Shown piece after piece: positions 1-13,236 of a stretch of 64,000 bases of DNA. The notes beneath the pieces are model-generated. The model worked only from the letters and a program-made list of their open reading frames with translations, ran no database searches and was not told the origin of the DNA. Each line of letters opens with the position of its first letter. Within the stretch, counting starts at the first letter, position 1. Location of the stretch: assembly GCA_951406725.2 (NCBI GenBank), contig OX597814.1:183148001-183212000 (forward strand), written 5' to 3'. Source of the DNA: Octopus vulgaris (lineage: Eukaryota). Position numbers and translations under genes: made by a program.

Positions 1-77
1 CGACACCACCGAATATAATTTCAGTTCACCTATAAGCCTAATACATTTGTGCTAAAATAAGAAATCAATCTTTAAAA

Positions 78-162
78 CATAACTGGACAACGTCTACTAC
101 AATACGTTACTTGGAGTAAAACACTCCAAGTAACGTATTGTAGTAGACGTTGTCCAGTTATG
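78..162. repeat. Perfect 40-bp inverted repeat with 5-nt loop
   Basis: 78-117 (cataactggacaacgtctactacaatacgttacttggagt) is the exact reverse complement of 123-162; loop aaaac. Confidence 0.95.
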
Positions 163-835
163 GAATAAATTAAGCAATACTAGTATAAATTAACGAACAC
201 ACAGAAAGGATAGCTACAACGGTATGATGACACCCCGTTTTGGCCTGCCAGTAGACTTCAGAAAAGATCTGTATTTTCTTTTGAAATTACACAAATATTT
301 TATAAGTTTATCGTGTAGTTTGTTGTTTTCTTCTCTGCTTCTCTTATCTCTCATAGGCTTTCACCTCTTTTTCTTTTCTTTTGCACACGTAATGCATTCC
401 TGTCTTAATTAAATATACGCCACGCAAACACAAATGCAGACACACCACACAGAAACGCTTATGACACCTTCAAGAAAAATGTACTGAACGATGGTAGATT
501 AGTGCGATTGCATAATTACCTCTCAACAACTAATAATCTAAAATAAAAATCATTCTCTCCCCAACGGTGATATTTAGATTGTTAAGAGCAATAGGAAGTG
601 ATTGCAATAACAGTTTTATCTGGTTTTTACCTTTTCGGCTACCAAGGGAAATATTTTTCTTAAAATTAAATTTAATATGTACACACCATTTAGCGCTACT
701 TGTTGTAAACAATATGGTAATTTCGTGTTCATGGCATTCAATATTGATTTCGCTGTCGAGAACTTGTTATTTTAGATGTGTTAGGTTCATTTTTCTGTCG
801 GTATTAATGTAAGTGTATTTATAGAATATGCAAAT

Positions 836-1075
836 GTATGGCCGAATGGCTAAAACGTTTGTTTCTCAATCATAAGCATCCGTATATATTGCATTCTAGT
901 TTCGGGCTGACCGAAACCCTAGGAAGGTCATCGGATGGATTATGTCGTGTTGCATATCGCGTGAATCTGATACTTCCTGGGTATAACGTTGATGATACAC
1001 CTGTCTGAGAAATCCTCAGCTATTTGCTCGTTAATTTAACGAGCAGATAATTAAATTGATGGAAGACCCATTGCC
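836..1075 (+). mobile_element. Degenerate tRNA-derived SINE (family A-like head, tail like 42990-43140)
   Basis: tggccgaatggctaaa A-box-like start and tcgggctgaccgaaaccct motif; tail ctcagctatttgctcgttaatttaacgagcag resembles ctcagccacttacacgttaatttcacgagcag near 43060. Confidence 0.55.
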
Positions 1076-1306
1076 AACAATTCTATACAGTTTGTCTACA
1101 TCCCTCTATAAGACAAGTAATATATTTAACACAAAGCCAACTCCTTCCACCCAAACAAACAAAACAAAACAAACACTTAGCAGGTATGCAGAGATTTTCT
1201 TTTTAACTATATCGTTCGAGAAGTCACACAGCACCGTTGGGAGAAGTAGAAAATATGGGATAAAACATATCCGGATATTCGAGATCAGTAATGGATATCA
1301 GTAATG

Positions 1307-1349
<43 letters not shown>

Positions 1350-1859
1350 CCACATTTTATCAATTCAATAATGAAAAATTAAATTATAACATTTAGAAAA
1401 ATTACATATAGAAAGATTATTTTATTTATTTTTTATTTATTATTATTGTGCACATTACTAAATCATTGTTATATGTTTTATCTTATATTTAATCTTTCTA
1501 TAATATGTAATATTCTAGATGGTATAATTTAATTTTTCATTATTGAATTGATAAAAGGTGTTTTTTTTTCTAATTTATATATGTATATTATATTTAGTGA
1601 TATTTGATTTAGTATTTCTAAATTGAATTTTTCCCTGTAAGTTTGGAATAATATTCCCTCATATATATAATGTGTGTGTATGTGTTTGTGTGTGTGTATA
1701 TATATGTATATATGTGTATATGTATATACACAGATATGACAGAAGTAAATAGACACTCTTATAATCATTAAAATTTATTTCAATGTGAAATTATACATTC
1801 AAATTATTTATTAGTTATTACAATGTAAATATCTAATATTTAATGTACATGCCCTTTGT

Positions 1860-2280
1860 ATTTTTCAGTGCAAGGATCCTATAAAGCATGCTACTGCTCA
1901 GATGACGAATATTCTCTTGGAGAATTTCTTGTCAAGTTTCCAGCTGTAATCTCAAAAGATCTGGCTTTGAGGAGGCTTTCTTGTTCTTTTTACGAAGTGT
2001 CCTTTTCATTAAGCCCCAGTGGTGTTTAATAGGGTTCAAATCTGGCGACTGGTTTGGCCAAGGAAGTTTTTTAATGCCATTCTTTTCCAACCAATCTTGG
2101 GTCTTTTTATCCGTATGACAAGGAGCCCCGTTTTCCATAAATAAAGAGACTTATTTAATCATTTCACCATTGAAGATTGGAAGGAGTCCTTTCTGCAATA
2201 TGGACACATAGCTATCTGAGTTTATGTTTCCATCACACTCTACCAGCTCTGATTGACCAAATTGCTCCCCATACTATCAT
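1860..2280 (-). pseudogene. Tc1-family (DD34E) transposase fragment
   Basis: Translations MIVWGAI..ELVECDGNINSDSYVSILQKGLLP and ENGAPCHT..WPNQSPDLNPIKHHW match Tc1 D2 and WP..SPDLNPIE motifs; disrupted. Confidence 0.85.
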
Positions 2281-2508
2281 CAACAACAACAACAATAATA
2301 ATAACTGAGGATATAAGTTCATGCAGGAAACTGACTTGCATAGTGTTCGAATAACATTGTGATGGCTACATTGCTGTTTGATTAATCAAACGATGATTAG
2401 TTATAACTCAGTTAATTATTATAGGAGCACTTCGTCACTCCAAGGTTTGTATATGAAATGGATATTTCGTAATACTCACAGGTGGGAAGAACGAAAAATT
2501 TAAGTTCA

Positions 2509-2561
<53 letters not shown>

Positions 2562-2566
<5 letters not shown>

Positions 2567-2840
2567 TCGAATTATACAATATTATATATCTAATATGGCC
2601 GATCTTGCCAATCTGTTTCGCATGAGTGGTTCGACAGAGTATTAGCTTTATGTAACCCTGCGCTCTTCAGAGCTAGCCGTGGTGGAATGAAGTATGGTGT
2701 CTGCTCTCTATTGCTTCATAACATAACGGCTACCTCTGAAGAGCGAAGAGCTTCATAATCCAACTGTTACCTAACACTCCGTCGAACTTCCGGTAAGATC
2801 GGCTCCAATGGATATATAATACTGTACACTTCAATTAATA
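2562..2840. repeat. Long imperfect fold-back element adjacent to (TA)n
   Basis: Nested complementary blocks: tattatatatc/gatatataata, gccgatctt/aagatcggc, gttcgac/gtcgaac, cgctcttcagag/ctctgaagagcg, tagccgt/acggcta. Confidence 0.85.
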
Positions 2841-3659
2841 TACCCACTTTACTAACAGATATACGAATGAATTTTTCCAGACCTATGCACTCTAAGACGG
2901 CTTACACACACACATAAAGCACACACATACACACACATGCGTGTGTGTGTGTGCTTGTGTGTGCGTGAGTGTGTGTATTTGTGTGTGTGCGTGTGTGTTT
3001 GTGTACGTACATGCTTGTGCGAAGAAAGATCATGATACCTAATGACATATCAACAAAAAGGATTTAAAACTACATTTCAAGGGGCTGCAATCATTTTACC
3101 ACTATGTAGTTGTTCCAACAGAAGGTCTCTGATTAAATCATATGCTGAACATGAACCACTCATGAATAAAAATTACAAATAAGTTATTAAAACAATTAAT
3201 TTTTTTTTTTCATGTATTTGCTTGTGCATATGTTTGCTTGCAGCTCTTGGGCTGAAACAAGCAAAAGAGTAAAGAGTATCAAAGTGAGTATTTCTTTAAT
3301 TGCTAGCATCTGCACCAGCTGATGACAATTTTTATTTTCGGATTTCCTCTGAAAGATATACGTACAGTTGAACATGAGAGAGCTTGCGTGGTTTTGAGTC
3401 ATCTGAAGCTGATTGATATCCAATCAATTGTCAGAACCACACAGAAACTTCGTTGCAGAAAAACCAGAAATAAATTCTCGTGTAGAAATAATTAATCTAT
3501 ATATCCTGTGGATATATGAATTAATTATTTCTAAACTAGAATATATTCCTGAGTGCTAGCTATGTAAATGTTTGAACTGCAGAAGTGGGAGCTCATAAGG
3601 GTATGCAGGGGTGTATGTATATGGTTAATGATTAACCTGAACATGCATTCGTCATTCAG

Positions 3660-3720
<61 letters not shown>

Positions 3721-3788
3721 ATGTATGTATATAGATACGTTATACTTATACAAGTAAATATGTATGCATATATATGTATGCATGTAAG

Positions 3789-3837
<49 letters not shown>

Positions 3838-3958
3838 GCATATTTATGTATATATATATACACACACATGTATATATACATATATATACACATACACGTA
3901 TATATGCACATATATACACAAATACACATATATATGTATATATGTATATATATGTACG

Positions 3959-4028
<70 letters not shown>

Positions 4029-4499
4029 CATATACATACATACAGTCACACACACACGCACGCACACATATATGCACACAGACATACGCATTCTAATGCA
4101 TTAGCCAAGTAATTATATTTGAAAATGCCTGCGCTAAAAAACATTATATTTGAAGAAGAGATGCGAGGTAAAAAGCTACTAACAAAACATGTAGCAGCAA
4201 GTATAAATATATAAAACCGAATTTTTAAAAACATATTACCATACTCTGTATTTCTTTCTTCTATATTTTGTTGTTTTTTTTTTTTTTTGTAAATATATTT
4301 TCTTACTTATTACAACAGCGACATCAAGTATTCTTATCACTTAAAATTGCGCATTACAAAAATGAGGTATTTTACTTGAAACATCATGAAACAGAAATAT
4401 AGATTATATTTATTATCGTTATACCTTATTCACTTGTAACCAGCGATATAATTACGTTTATATCTTCATCCACTAACAGCATTGCTATTACCATCCGCC

Positions 4500-5210
4500 A
4501 CCATTATCACCGTGACTGCCAACACTTGCAACCACCACCACCACCACCACCACCACAGCTGCTGCCGCTGCTACCTCTCCCTCCATCACCGCCGCCGCCA
4601 CCACCACCACCACCACCACCACCACCACCACCACATGCGTACGTGAGTTGATGAATTTTATCTTTAATTATTTCTCTTTCACCTTCAGTATCATAATCGT
4701 GGTCGTAAAAATGATCATAACCGCAATGATGACGATGATGAGTATCCTCCTCGTTCTCCTCCTCCACCTCCTCTTCCTCCTCCTCGTCCCCCTCCTTCCC
4801 TTCCCCCTTCTCCTCGTTCACCTCCACCTTTTCCTCCTCCTCTTCCTCGTCCTTGTCCTCGTCCTCGTTCTCCCCTCCTCCTCGTCCTCCTCCTCATATT
4901 CTTCCTCGTTCTCCCTGTTCTCCTCGTCCTCCTTATCCTTCTCCTCCTCGTCCTTCACCTTGTCCTCCCCTTCGTATTCCTCCTCCTCGTATTCCCCACT
5001 CCTCCCCTCCTCCTCATATTCTTCCTCGTATTCCTCCTCGTCCTGCTCTTCACCCCCCCTCGTCTCTCTCATTCTCTTCGCCCTTCTCCTCGTCTCCCCG
5101 TCTTCCTCGCCCTCGCCCTCCTCGTGCTCCTCCTCCTTCATCACGTCCCCCTCCGCTTCGTCGTCCTCGTTTTCCTCCCTCTTTCTCTTCTTTCCTTCTT
5201 TTTGACTTTT
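4500..5210. repeat. Low-complexity (CCA)n/(TCC)n pyrimidine-rich tract
   Basis: Degenerate trinucleotide repeats give spurious poly-E, poly-S and poly-G ORFs. Confidence 0.85.
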
Positions 5211-5633
5211 GAAACGAGTGTCACTGTCAGAACACTCTGACCATGCAATTTTATCAAACTGTTTACATTATGAAAAAGAAACTATTTCTATTCTTTGTTT
5301 GTTTCAGATTTACTCAAAAAGCAGAATATCTGAGGAGTCGTCAAATCAGCTGGGATAAAAGACATTTTTAGCTGTCCATATTTTTCTAGTTATTATCTTT
5401 TATAATTTTTTTTGCGAAGTTATTTGTGTTAGCTCCCTTGTTGCAGGAATCTTGTTTTCTACAGAGATTGTGACAATAGCTTTAATAACGTAAACATTCA
5501 ACAACCCCACTCTTCTGTATTTTCAAATACGAAAATAAATTCTTAAAAATGCAATATTAGATATTAAAAATTGAAAAATTTCAAGTTATAGAATATAAGC
5601 ATATACAAAAAAAAGAATACTGTTGAAAATTTT

Positions 5634-5785
5634 TGTGTGGTAAGAAGCTCGTTTCCTTACCACATGGTTTCGGGTTCAGTCCCACTACGTGGCGCCTTGA
5701 GCATGTTTAGCTCCGGGCTGACCAAAGCCTTGTGAGTGAATTTGGTGGGCGGAAACTGAAAGAAGTCCGTCGTATATATATGTAT
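5634..5785 (+). mobile_element. SINE family A, 5' part
   Basis: tgtgtggtaagaagc..ggtttcgggttcagtcccactacgtggc..gaaactgaaagaagtccgtcg, homologous to 15088-15260. Confidence 0.85.
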
Positions 5786-5789
5786 TTTT

Positions 5790-6535
5790 TTCTCTCTAGT
5801 TTCAGCTCAGAGCTGTGGCCATGCTGATGTACCGCCGTTTTGCTACATTGTTATTACTAAGAGCCTCCTCTAATATGTGGAACTTGGTGAAGAATGGAGT
5901 TTGATATAGCTACACTCATTTGCACCTCTTGCCGTGAGGTAGGTTCATCTGGGCCTCTCGATAGGAAGAGGTCCAGCTGTGATTTAAAAAACCCTACATC
6001 TACTTTGTGCAAGTTCCTCGGTCTCTTCGGGAGAATATTAAAAAGCTGTGGGTCCTTGAAACACAGGTTGTTGCAGAAACTGGTCCTGAAGCGTGATGCT
6101 GGGATCTTTGGCACTATGCAGTGTCGTCCGGTTCTGGCATTGGTGTAGCTTTCAATGCCAAAATTTGGCACAATTCCTTCCAGGATCTTCCAGATATATA
6201 TTACTGCATATCTCTCCCGTCTTCTCTCCAAGGAGTAAAGTCTTATCTGTTTCAACCTTTTCCAGTAGCTGAGCTATTGCAAAGAGACGATCTTCTTTGT
6301 GAATCCTCTCTGGATTGCTTCAAGGTCTGCTGTTAATTTCACACTGGTGGGTGACCATAGCTGTGAGCGGTAATCCAGGCGGCTGAGGACGAATGTCCAC
6401 CAGAGGATCATCATGGTTTCCTTATATCTGGTTCTGAATGTTCTTAGGATCCAGCCAGTCGTCTGCACTTTGTCGCCATACCCAGGTCCTTCACTGACTT
6501 AGGCTCTGGGATTGAAATTCCCTGTGGACCGGTGT
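5790..6535 (-). mobile_element. CR1/L2-group LINE 3' fragment (RT C-terminus + 3' UTR)
   Basis: VKDLG, SRLDYRSQLWSP, LEAIQRGFTKKI, LYSLERRRERY, LFNILP, FKSQLDLFL..PDEP, SNSIL motifs with frameshifts, followed by a short 3' UTR stem-loop. Confidence 0.85.
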
Positions 6536-6566
6536 ACCCTGTACACACACACACACACAGACACAC

Positions 6567-6597
<31 letters not shown>

Positions 6598-6607
6598 CGT
6601 GCGTGTG

Positions 6608-6736
6608 CGCCTCCCAACCACATGGTTCCAGGTTGTCTCACTGAGTATCACCTTGGGTAAGTGCCTTCTAGTATAGCCTCGGGCCGACTGAAACCTTGTG
6701 AGTATATTTGGTAGACGGAAAATGAAAGAAGCCCGT

Positions 6737-6797
<61 letters not shown>

Positions 6798-6955
6798 GCC
6801 TCTGTCTTTGTCTCTTCCACCATCGCTTGACACCCGATGGTGGTGTGTTTACGTCCCCGTAACTTAGTACTAGTCTTACAAAGAATAAGTCCTGGGGTCG
6901 ATTTCTTCGACTAAAGGCGGTGCCATGTCCACAGTCAAGTAACTGAAACAAATAC
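6608..6955 (+). mobile_element. SINE family A copy with expanded internal (TA)n
   Basis: Homologous to 15088-15505 from ccaaccacatggttcc to aactgaaaca. Confidence 0.85.
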
Positions 6956-6956
6956 A

Positions 6957-7014
<58 letters not shown>

Positions 7015-7016
<2 letters not shown>

Positions 7017-7118
7017 GACGGGCTTCTTTCACTTTCCGTCTACCAAATCCACTCACGAGGCTTTGGTCAGCCCGAGGCTACCGAGGCTATAGTAAATGAC
7101 ACTTGCCCAAGGTATCAC
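7015..7118 (-). mobile_element. SINE family A fragment
   Basis: Reads ccttgggcaagtgtc..tagcctcgggctgaccaaagcc..tttggtagacggaaagtgaaagaagcccgtcg on the minus strand. Confidence 0.8.
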
Positions 7119-7924
7119 CCTGTTTATAACAACGGGGAAATTGAGCTCCACCCAAGATCTTTAAGGAACTGGTAGAATGTACGGAATTATGCAAGCTTTC
7201 CAAAGAGGCGTGTCAAGAACTCCACCACTCACCAAAGCAGTTATCACCAGAAAGAAAACAAAACATTAAAATGCTCTTGGAATTTTGTAAATAATTTTGG
7301 AACATATTCTTAGTTTTGATCTTGTTCTTGTGCTTTTTTACCTTGTAATTCTTCTTACCGTTGCTGTGGCTTTTGTTATTATTGATGTCGTTGTTGTTGC
7401 TGTTGGTGTTGGTATTATTATTGTTATTACCTTTGCTTATCTTCTACTTCTCTTCTCCGTCTTCTCTCTCCAAACGGCTTGGTATGTTTCTTGATATTCT
7501 TATTCTTCTTTTCTTATATTACATGGAATGGAATGAAAGCGCGTTAAGTCTCGATATTTTGATAGATACAGTCTGGCTTATTTATTGCGAGTTCCTCTAC
7601 CAAATTGCAAAAATGACTTTTACCTGATGCTCTAGCCTAAACACACAGAAATGCTTTCTCCCTCTATCTGACAGACATACACAGCACATATTTGTACGTA
7701 CGTACTTCTTTATGTATGTGTGTGTATACTATATGTGTATATGATTGCGTTTAGAAGTAGTTATTAAGGATAGAAAAGCCTTCGGAATGTCTTTGATATT
7801 TGAGATTACCACACATGCGTTTATATAGGCACAGCCTACGAACCGAATTCATACATACACGAACCAATATATCTGTATATTCACTGGGAAAGAGAGGTAT
7901 TATAAACATATATATACACATATA

Positions 7925-8046
7925 CGTATGTATGTATGTATGTATGTATGTATGTATGTATGTATGTATGTATGTATGTATGTATGTATGTATGTATGTG
8001 TGTGTATGTATGTATATATGTGTGTGTGTATGTATCTATGTATGTA

Positions 8047-8079
<33 letters not shown>

Positions 8080-8330
8080 ATGTATGTATGTATGTATGTA
8101 TGTATGTATGTATGTATGTATGTATGTATGTATGTGTGTATGTATGTATGTATGTATGTATGTATACATGTATGCATGTATGTATGTATGTATGTGTGTG
8201 TGTATGTATGTATGTATGTATGTATGTATATATGTATACATGTATGTATGTATGTATGTATGTATGTATGTATGTATGTATGTATATATGTATGTATGTA
8301 TGTATGGATGGATGGATGGATGGATGGATA
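7925..8330. repeat. (TATG)n/(TG)n compound microsatellite
   Basis: Direct reading. Similar (TA)n, (TATG)n, (TATC)n and (CA)n arrays recur throughout the window (e.g. 3660-4080, 22390-22740, 24100-24495, 41190-41640, 51025-51330). Confidence 0.95.
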
Positions 8331-8344
8331 TCGTGTCTGGAAAC

Positions 8345-8985
8345 AGGATTTGGAAGCTGTCATTTTGTTTTCATGTAAATAAATGTTTATATTAATTTAA
8401 AAGATTTATCAAAAAAATCTTATTTAGCTATCATTTTTAGCACAACACGTGTTATGTCTCTGCTAATTTTCTTTCATGTAAATAAATGTTTATGTTAATT
8501 TTAAAGATTTATCCAAATTCGTTGTAGGTACATTGTGTTTTGTATGTAGGGTCTTCCATACTTTTTAAATCTATATGGTTGTATATATTGGCATTAAAGA
8601 ATATTTTTACTGGTTATCATTTTTTAAAAATTTATTATTTATTAATATGTTGTAATTCTGTATTATTACTTTCTATATTTGTTTATATGTGTATTGGTGT
8701 GTTTAGTTTGAGTTTTGGTTAGAGAATATTATAAAAGTGAAAGTATTTTGTTTATTTATTTCGACTGTTTGCCATACTTTTAAAAATCTATAAGGGCGTA
8801 TATTTGCATTGCAGAATATTTTTGAGTTATTTTCACAGTTTTTTTGATTTATTATTTATTAATATGTTGTAATTGTGTATTACTTACGATATTTTTTATA
8901 TGTGTATTGCTGTGTATTGTTTGAGTTTTGGTTAGAGAACATTATAAAAGTGAATGGGTTTTGGCTATTTATTTCAACTGTCCAC
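8345..8985. repeat. Diverged direct duplications (about 105-bp and 210-bp units)
   Basis: tttcatgtaaataaatgtttat..aagatttatc occurs at ~8369 and ~8472; ccatactttt..ttaatatgttgtaatt..gagttttggttagagaa..ttataaaagtgaa occurs at ~8556-8740 and ~8772-8954. Confidence 0.75.
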
Positions 8986-9517
8986 CGTCAACTGTGATTA
9001 TATTGACTAGGAACACTGTACGCGATGAATATCCCACACCAAACAAACTTAATCTTCATATTTAAACTGCATTAAACTTTGGCAAGCTTACCTTTACCTA
9101 TTCTGAGTTTCTTGAAAGTTGATGTTCCTTTTCTTCTCTTCTATTTGTTAATACATTTGTTTACCTAACAATGCATTTCACTTTAAGGATGCTTATTTAA
9201 ACATCTATTATGATATTTCGACTGTTGTTCATTTTTTCCAAATACGTTTTAGCATCGTTGTTCTAGCCTTTTTTAAATAATCATATATGATTCGTCCTAA
9301 AGAATCAACCTTTAAATAAGAGTTTTGCTTCCACTAGCGAAAGCTATACGTATCTTTCAGAAAGCTTCGTATCAGTTTCACTTTATGCGGCATTCGCTGT
9401 TACTTTATGCGCAGGCTATGTGGGAAGACAGAATAAAGGGGCTTTTGATAGCTTATAATAGAATCGATAATCACTTGGTACACTAAAACCCATTTTCCTT
9501 TTCCAGATAATACAAGC

Positions 9518-10410
9518 ATGCCACCTAAAATGAGAACACGCATTGGCAGAAAGTCTTCTGCAGCGGCAACGCAGCAATGCTGGTAGGCTAAGGAAACTGA
9601 GAACAAGAGGTCTTGTAGACTATTGAAAAGAGCTGCCGCTGCTAGAGCTGCAACTATTCTGGAGCAGCGTAAAAACTTGAGTGCGTGCTGCTGACGCAAG
9701 GGCCGCAGAAACCCCACAAAAGAGTGCCATCCGTCGGGCACTCAATGTATTTACTTGTACTTGTGACCAGGGCGGGTTGAGCCGGCTTCTTCTCTGGTCC
9801 TAACAGTATCATGAACTATCGCGGCCCACGCTCGACGGTCCTGTGCGAGGTCACTGGAGATAGCGAGCCATTCGCGGTTCCATCTGCGCAGACCGACCAC
9901 CTGCGGACCAGAGAGTTCGGAGGGGTCCTCCTTTATCGTCGTTGCCCAGGTCTTCAGCTGCCCGCCCGCGCGTTTGCGCCAGCTGGGAAGTGGAGGTGGG
10001 AAGAGGACATTTCGAATCAGCTCACCCTTTGGACACCGAGCCGCATGACCGAACTACCTTAAGCGCCGTTGTAGAAGCACCGAAGGGAGGGGCCAAAGAA
10101 GCTCCAGAAGAGAGTGGTATCCGTCGGGCACGCAACGCTGTATCCACTTCTGCCGTGAGTGACAGATGACGATAACCATCGGATGATCAGATGTCAGTCT
10201 AATTCTTCCCTGGAAGGCCCTTGCCCCTGGCTATTGGATGCCATCGAGTAGTCAATGGGTATCAAAGGTGCTCAACAATGATCCTGCCGAGGAGTACACC
10301 ACTCATCGAGAGATTGTAACATGAGATATGTCTGTAAGTCTGTAATATGTCTATTTTGCAAGACCCTCAAGTGGGTTGGAGAATCCAGTGGTCTATGCTG
10401 CTTAAACCTC
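9518..10410 (+). pseudogene. Helitron Rep/Hel N-terminal relic
   Basis: MPPKMRTRIGRKSSAAA..KETENKRSCRL start, and ICLFCKTLKWVGESSGLCCLN at ~10345-10407 matching the Helitron N-terminal C..C.ALKW.GE..G.CC zinc-finger motif; stops and a GC-rich interruption. Confidence 0.65.
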
Positions 10411-11284
10411 GCTTGACTGACCTGCAAAACACTACTCAGCCTTTGCTTTTCTTTCTCTTCTCCATTTTCCTAAAACTTAGTTTTATAGTATGTCTTGACT
10501 AGTTTGAGTATAACCTACTATTCGACCCTTCCATCTATTCTCTTATTCATCCTTACTCTTATTTCTTTCTCTTTTTATCTCTCCTTATTCCTTCTCTGAT
10601 AGTTTTGCTTACATGATCTAGATCTTCATTTCACAACCTTTCTTCTTGCTCTTTCCACCTTCGGTAGTTCAAAGGCTCAGTCTGAGTGAGATCTTAGAAA
10701 TATTGTAGTCGCATCAGAGAAAATTTTAAAGAATTAAAAAATATTATATGAAACAGACTAGAATAAAATGAAAATATACTTTCTGTAAAATAATATAGAG
10801 AGTAGTTTGCATCAAAGCGTAAATAATTTAGTCGTGTATCAACCTTCAAAATGCGGTCATATGTTAATTTTTCAAATTTCTATGAAACCAGACAAGGTTG
10901 AAATAATTCAAACAGTGAAATAATTCAAAATGCATATTAAAGTTGACAATAGTAGACATAATACTATCATAAACAAATCGCTTTATTATGCAAACGACAG
11001 TGCTATCCCACCCACATAATAAACAAGTAATTAACATTAATTAGCTTTATGAATTTATGCACTGGAGAATCATTAATAAAGTTCCAGCTTTGAATTAAAA
11101 GAAATAATAATTAGAAAATTATTTTTAATTATGGCCGCTCCATTTGCTAGAGATATCCGTAAAATCTTTTTCAACTCACGTTCTCCCGTCTTAGAAAAGG
11201 GAATGTGTATTTGATCATGTTCTCTTCAAAATTCTATTTCGAAGAGGGGGTGCTGATAGATGGAGTAGGTTTTATAAAAGGTTT

Positions 11285-11328
11285 GCCACAACAAAATCAA
11301 TAGCAACGACAGCAATAACAAACACAGC

Positions 11329-11368
<40 letters not shown>

Positions 11369-11510
11369 GCAATAACAACCGCATCAACAGCAACAAAAAG
11401 ACATCAACAACAAACACCAATCACAACATAAATAGTAACAGCACCAACATTAGCCACAACAATCAAATGAACTTGAAAACCTACAGAACCACCACCGCCA
11501 CCACCACAAC

Positions 11511-11547
<37 letters not shown>

Positions 11548-11880
11548 GCCACCACCACCACCACCACCACCGCCGCCGCCACCACCGCCGCCGCCGCCAC
11601 CACCACCACCACCACCACCACCACCACCACCACTACCACCACCACCACCACCACCACCACCACCACCACCACCACCACCACCACCACCACCACCACCACC
11701 ACCACCACCACCACCACCACCACCACTACCACCACCACTACCACCACCACCACCACCACCACCACCACCACCACCACCACCACCACTACCACCACCACCA
11801 CCATCACCACCACCACCACCACCACTACCACCACTACCACCACCACCACCACCACCATCACCATCAACAACAACAACAAC
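11285..11880. repeat. (CAA)n/(CCG)n/(CCA)n trinucleotide array
   Basis: Direct reading; source of the poly-G, poly-T and poly-V ORFs. Confidence 0.95.
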
Positions 11881-12285
11881 AGGCCTCGAACTGAAAGACA
11901 CCTTGCTTCATTAGCTTGACATCTTCCGCCAACAATACATCCCTTATTCATTTGAACTATTCTGTGTATTTCAGCAAACTAGATGCATACGATCTCCACA
12001 AATGGCCATTCTACTCACGTATGCTTCCTTCTTGAACAACGCATTTTGCTGTGTTCACCTGTAGGCCACGCACTACTCCCTCGAACGTAGCTCTTCTAGA
12101 ATGCCTTTCTCTCCCATATTTTTCCTGCATATGACGCCTTCTAGTCATTCAAAAACTTTCAACCTGATCAGTTTCAAAGAGTTTACAAACCATTAAAGAA
12201 AAACAATGGTAAAAGTATATACGTATATATGCATGTATACATGCACACATACATAAATACATACATACATACATACATACATACA

Positions 12286-12319
<34 letters not shown>

Positions 12320-12932
12320 CATATGTACATATGTATATATGAGTCGTTAGAATGGTGTGAGTGTGTGTATATACATGTGCTTGTGTTTCTGACCTCTCAG
12401 ACCAGTCCCAAAAACCACTGAACTATGAAAAACTAAAGAGAAACAACAACAATTTCCTTTCAATTCCACATTGCTCCTCCTTCTCCCCACCCAAACCAAC
12501 CTCCCACACTGTCCCTTTAAATAGTAATCAGCTTTTATTTAGCTTCACAGAAAGGAAAAAATGGTAAAACAGGCCAATTTACTTCAAATTCTTTGTAAAC
12601 TCCCAAAATATGACCTTTTTGAACTTATAATCTTCTGTGTATATATATAGATACTTCCAAACAGACATGATTTTTAATGAAATCCTAATATTTTCAATGA
12701 ACTTTTGAAGATTTTTCCTTGTAAACTGTTTTAACATTTTCCTTGTCAACTACTTTAACATTTTTCTTATTATTATCAAAGAATGTATATATGTATTGTA
12801 ATATTTTGTGACAACCAGTACTTAACACAACAAAGCTTTTACAATGCTTTCACATTTTACTTTTGACAATCATTTTCTAAAATAGTGAAACCGGTCAAGT
12901 GAATAAACATCTTTTAAAATTGCATTTTGAAA

Positions 12933-13006
<74 letters not shown>

Positions 13007-13198
13007 CGTTTATGACCAGCAACTGGTATCCCCTGAGCCTTTAGTAGAGTTTACACAGTTGCAAACATCATAGCTAGGTGTGTTGATGATATCTTCTAGC
13101 CTTGGAGGTCCTGTTGAAGGGTCATGGCCACTTTCCCCCTGAATAATAGATGTGTATATAATACACACACACGTGCAAGCATACATATGTATTTTTGC

Positions 13199-13236
<38 letters not shown>

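Noticed and set aside
4507-5212. Glu-rich, Ser-rich and Pro-rich ORFs
   Set aside because: Low-complexity (TCC)n tract open in several frames on both strands.
13010-13150. Possible host exon between microsatellites
   Set aside because: No recognisable protein similarity or supported splice pair; it cannot be called without RNA data.
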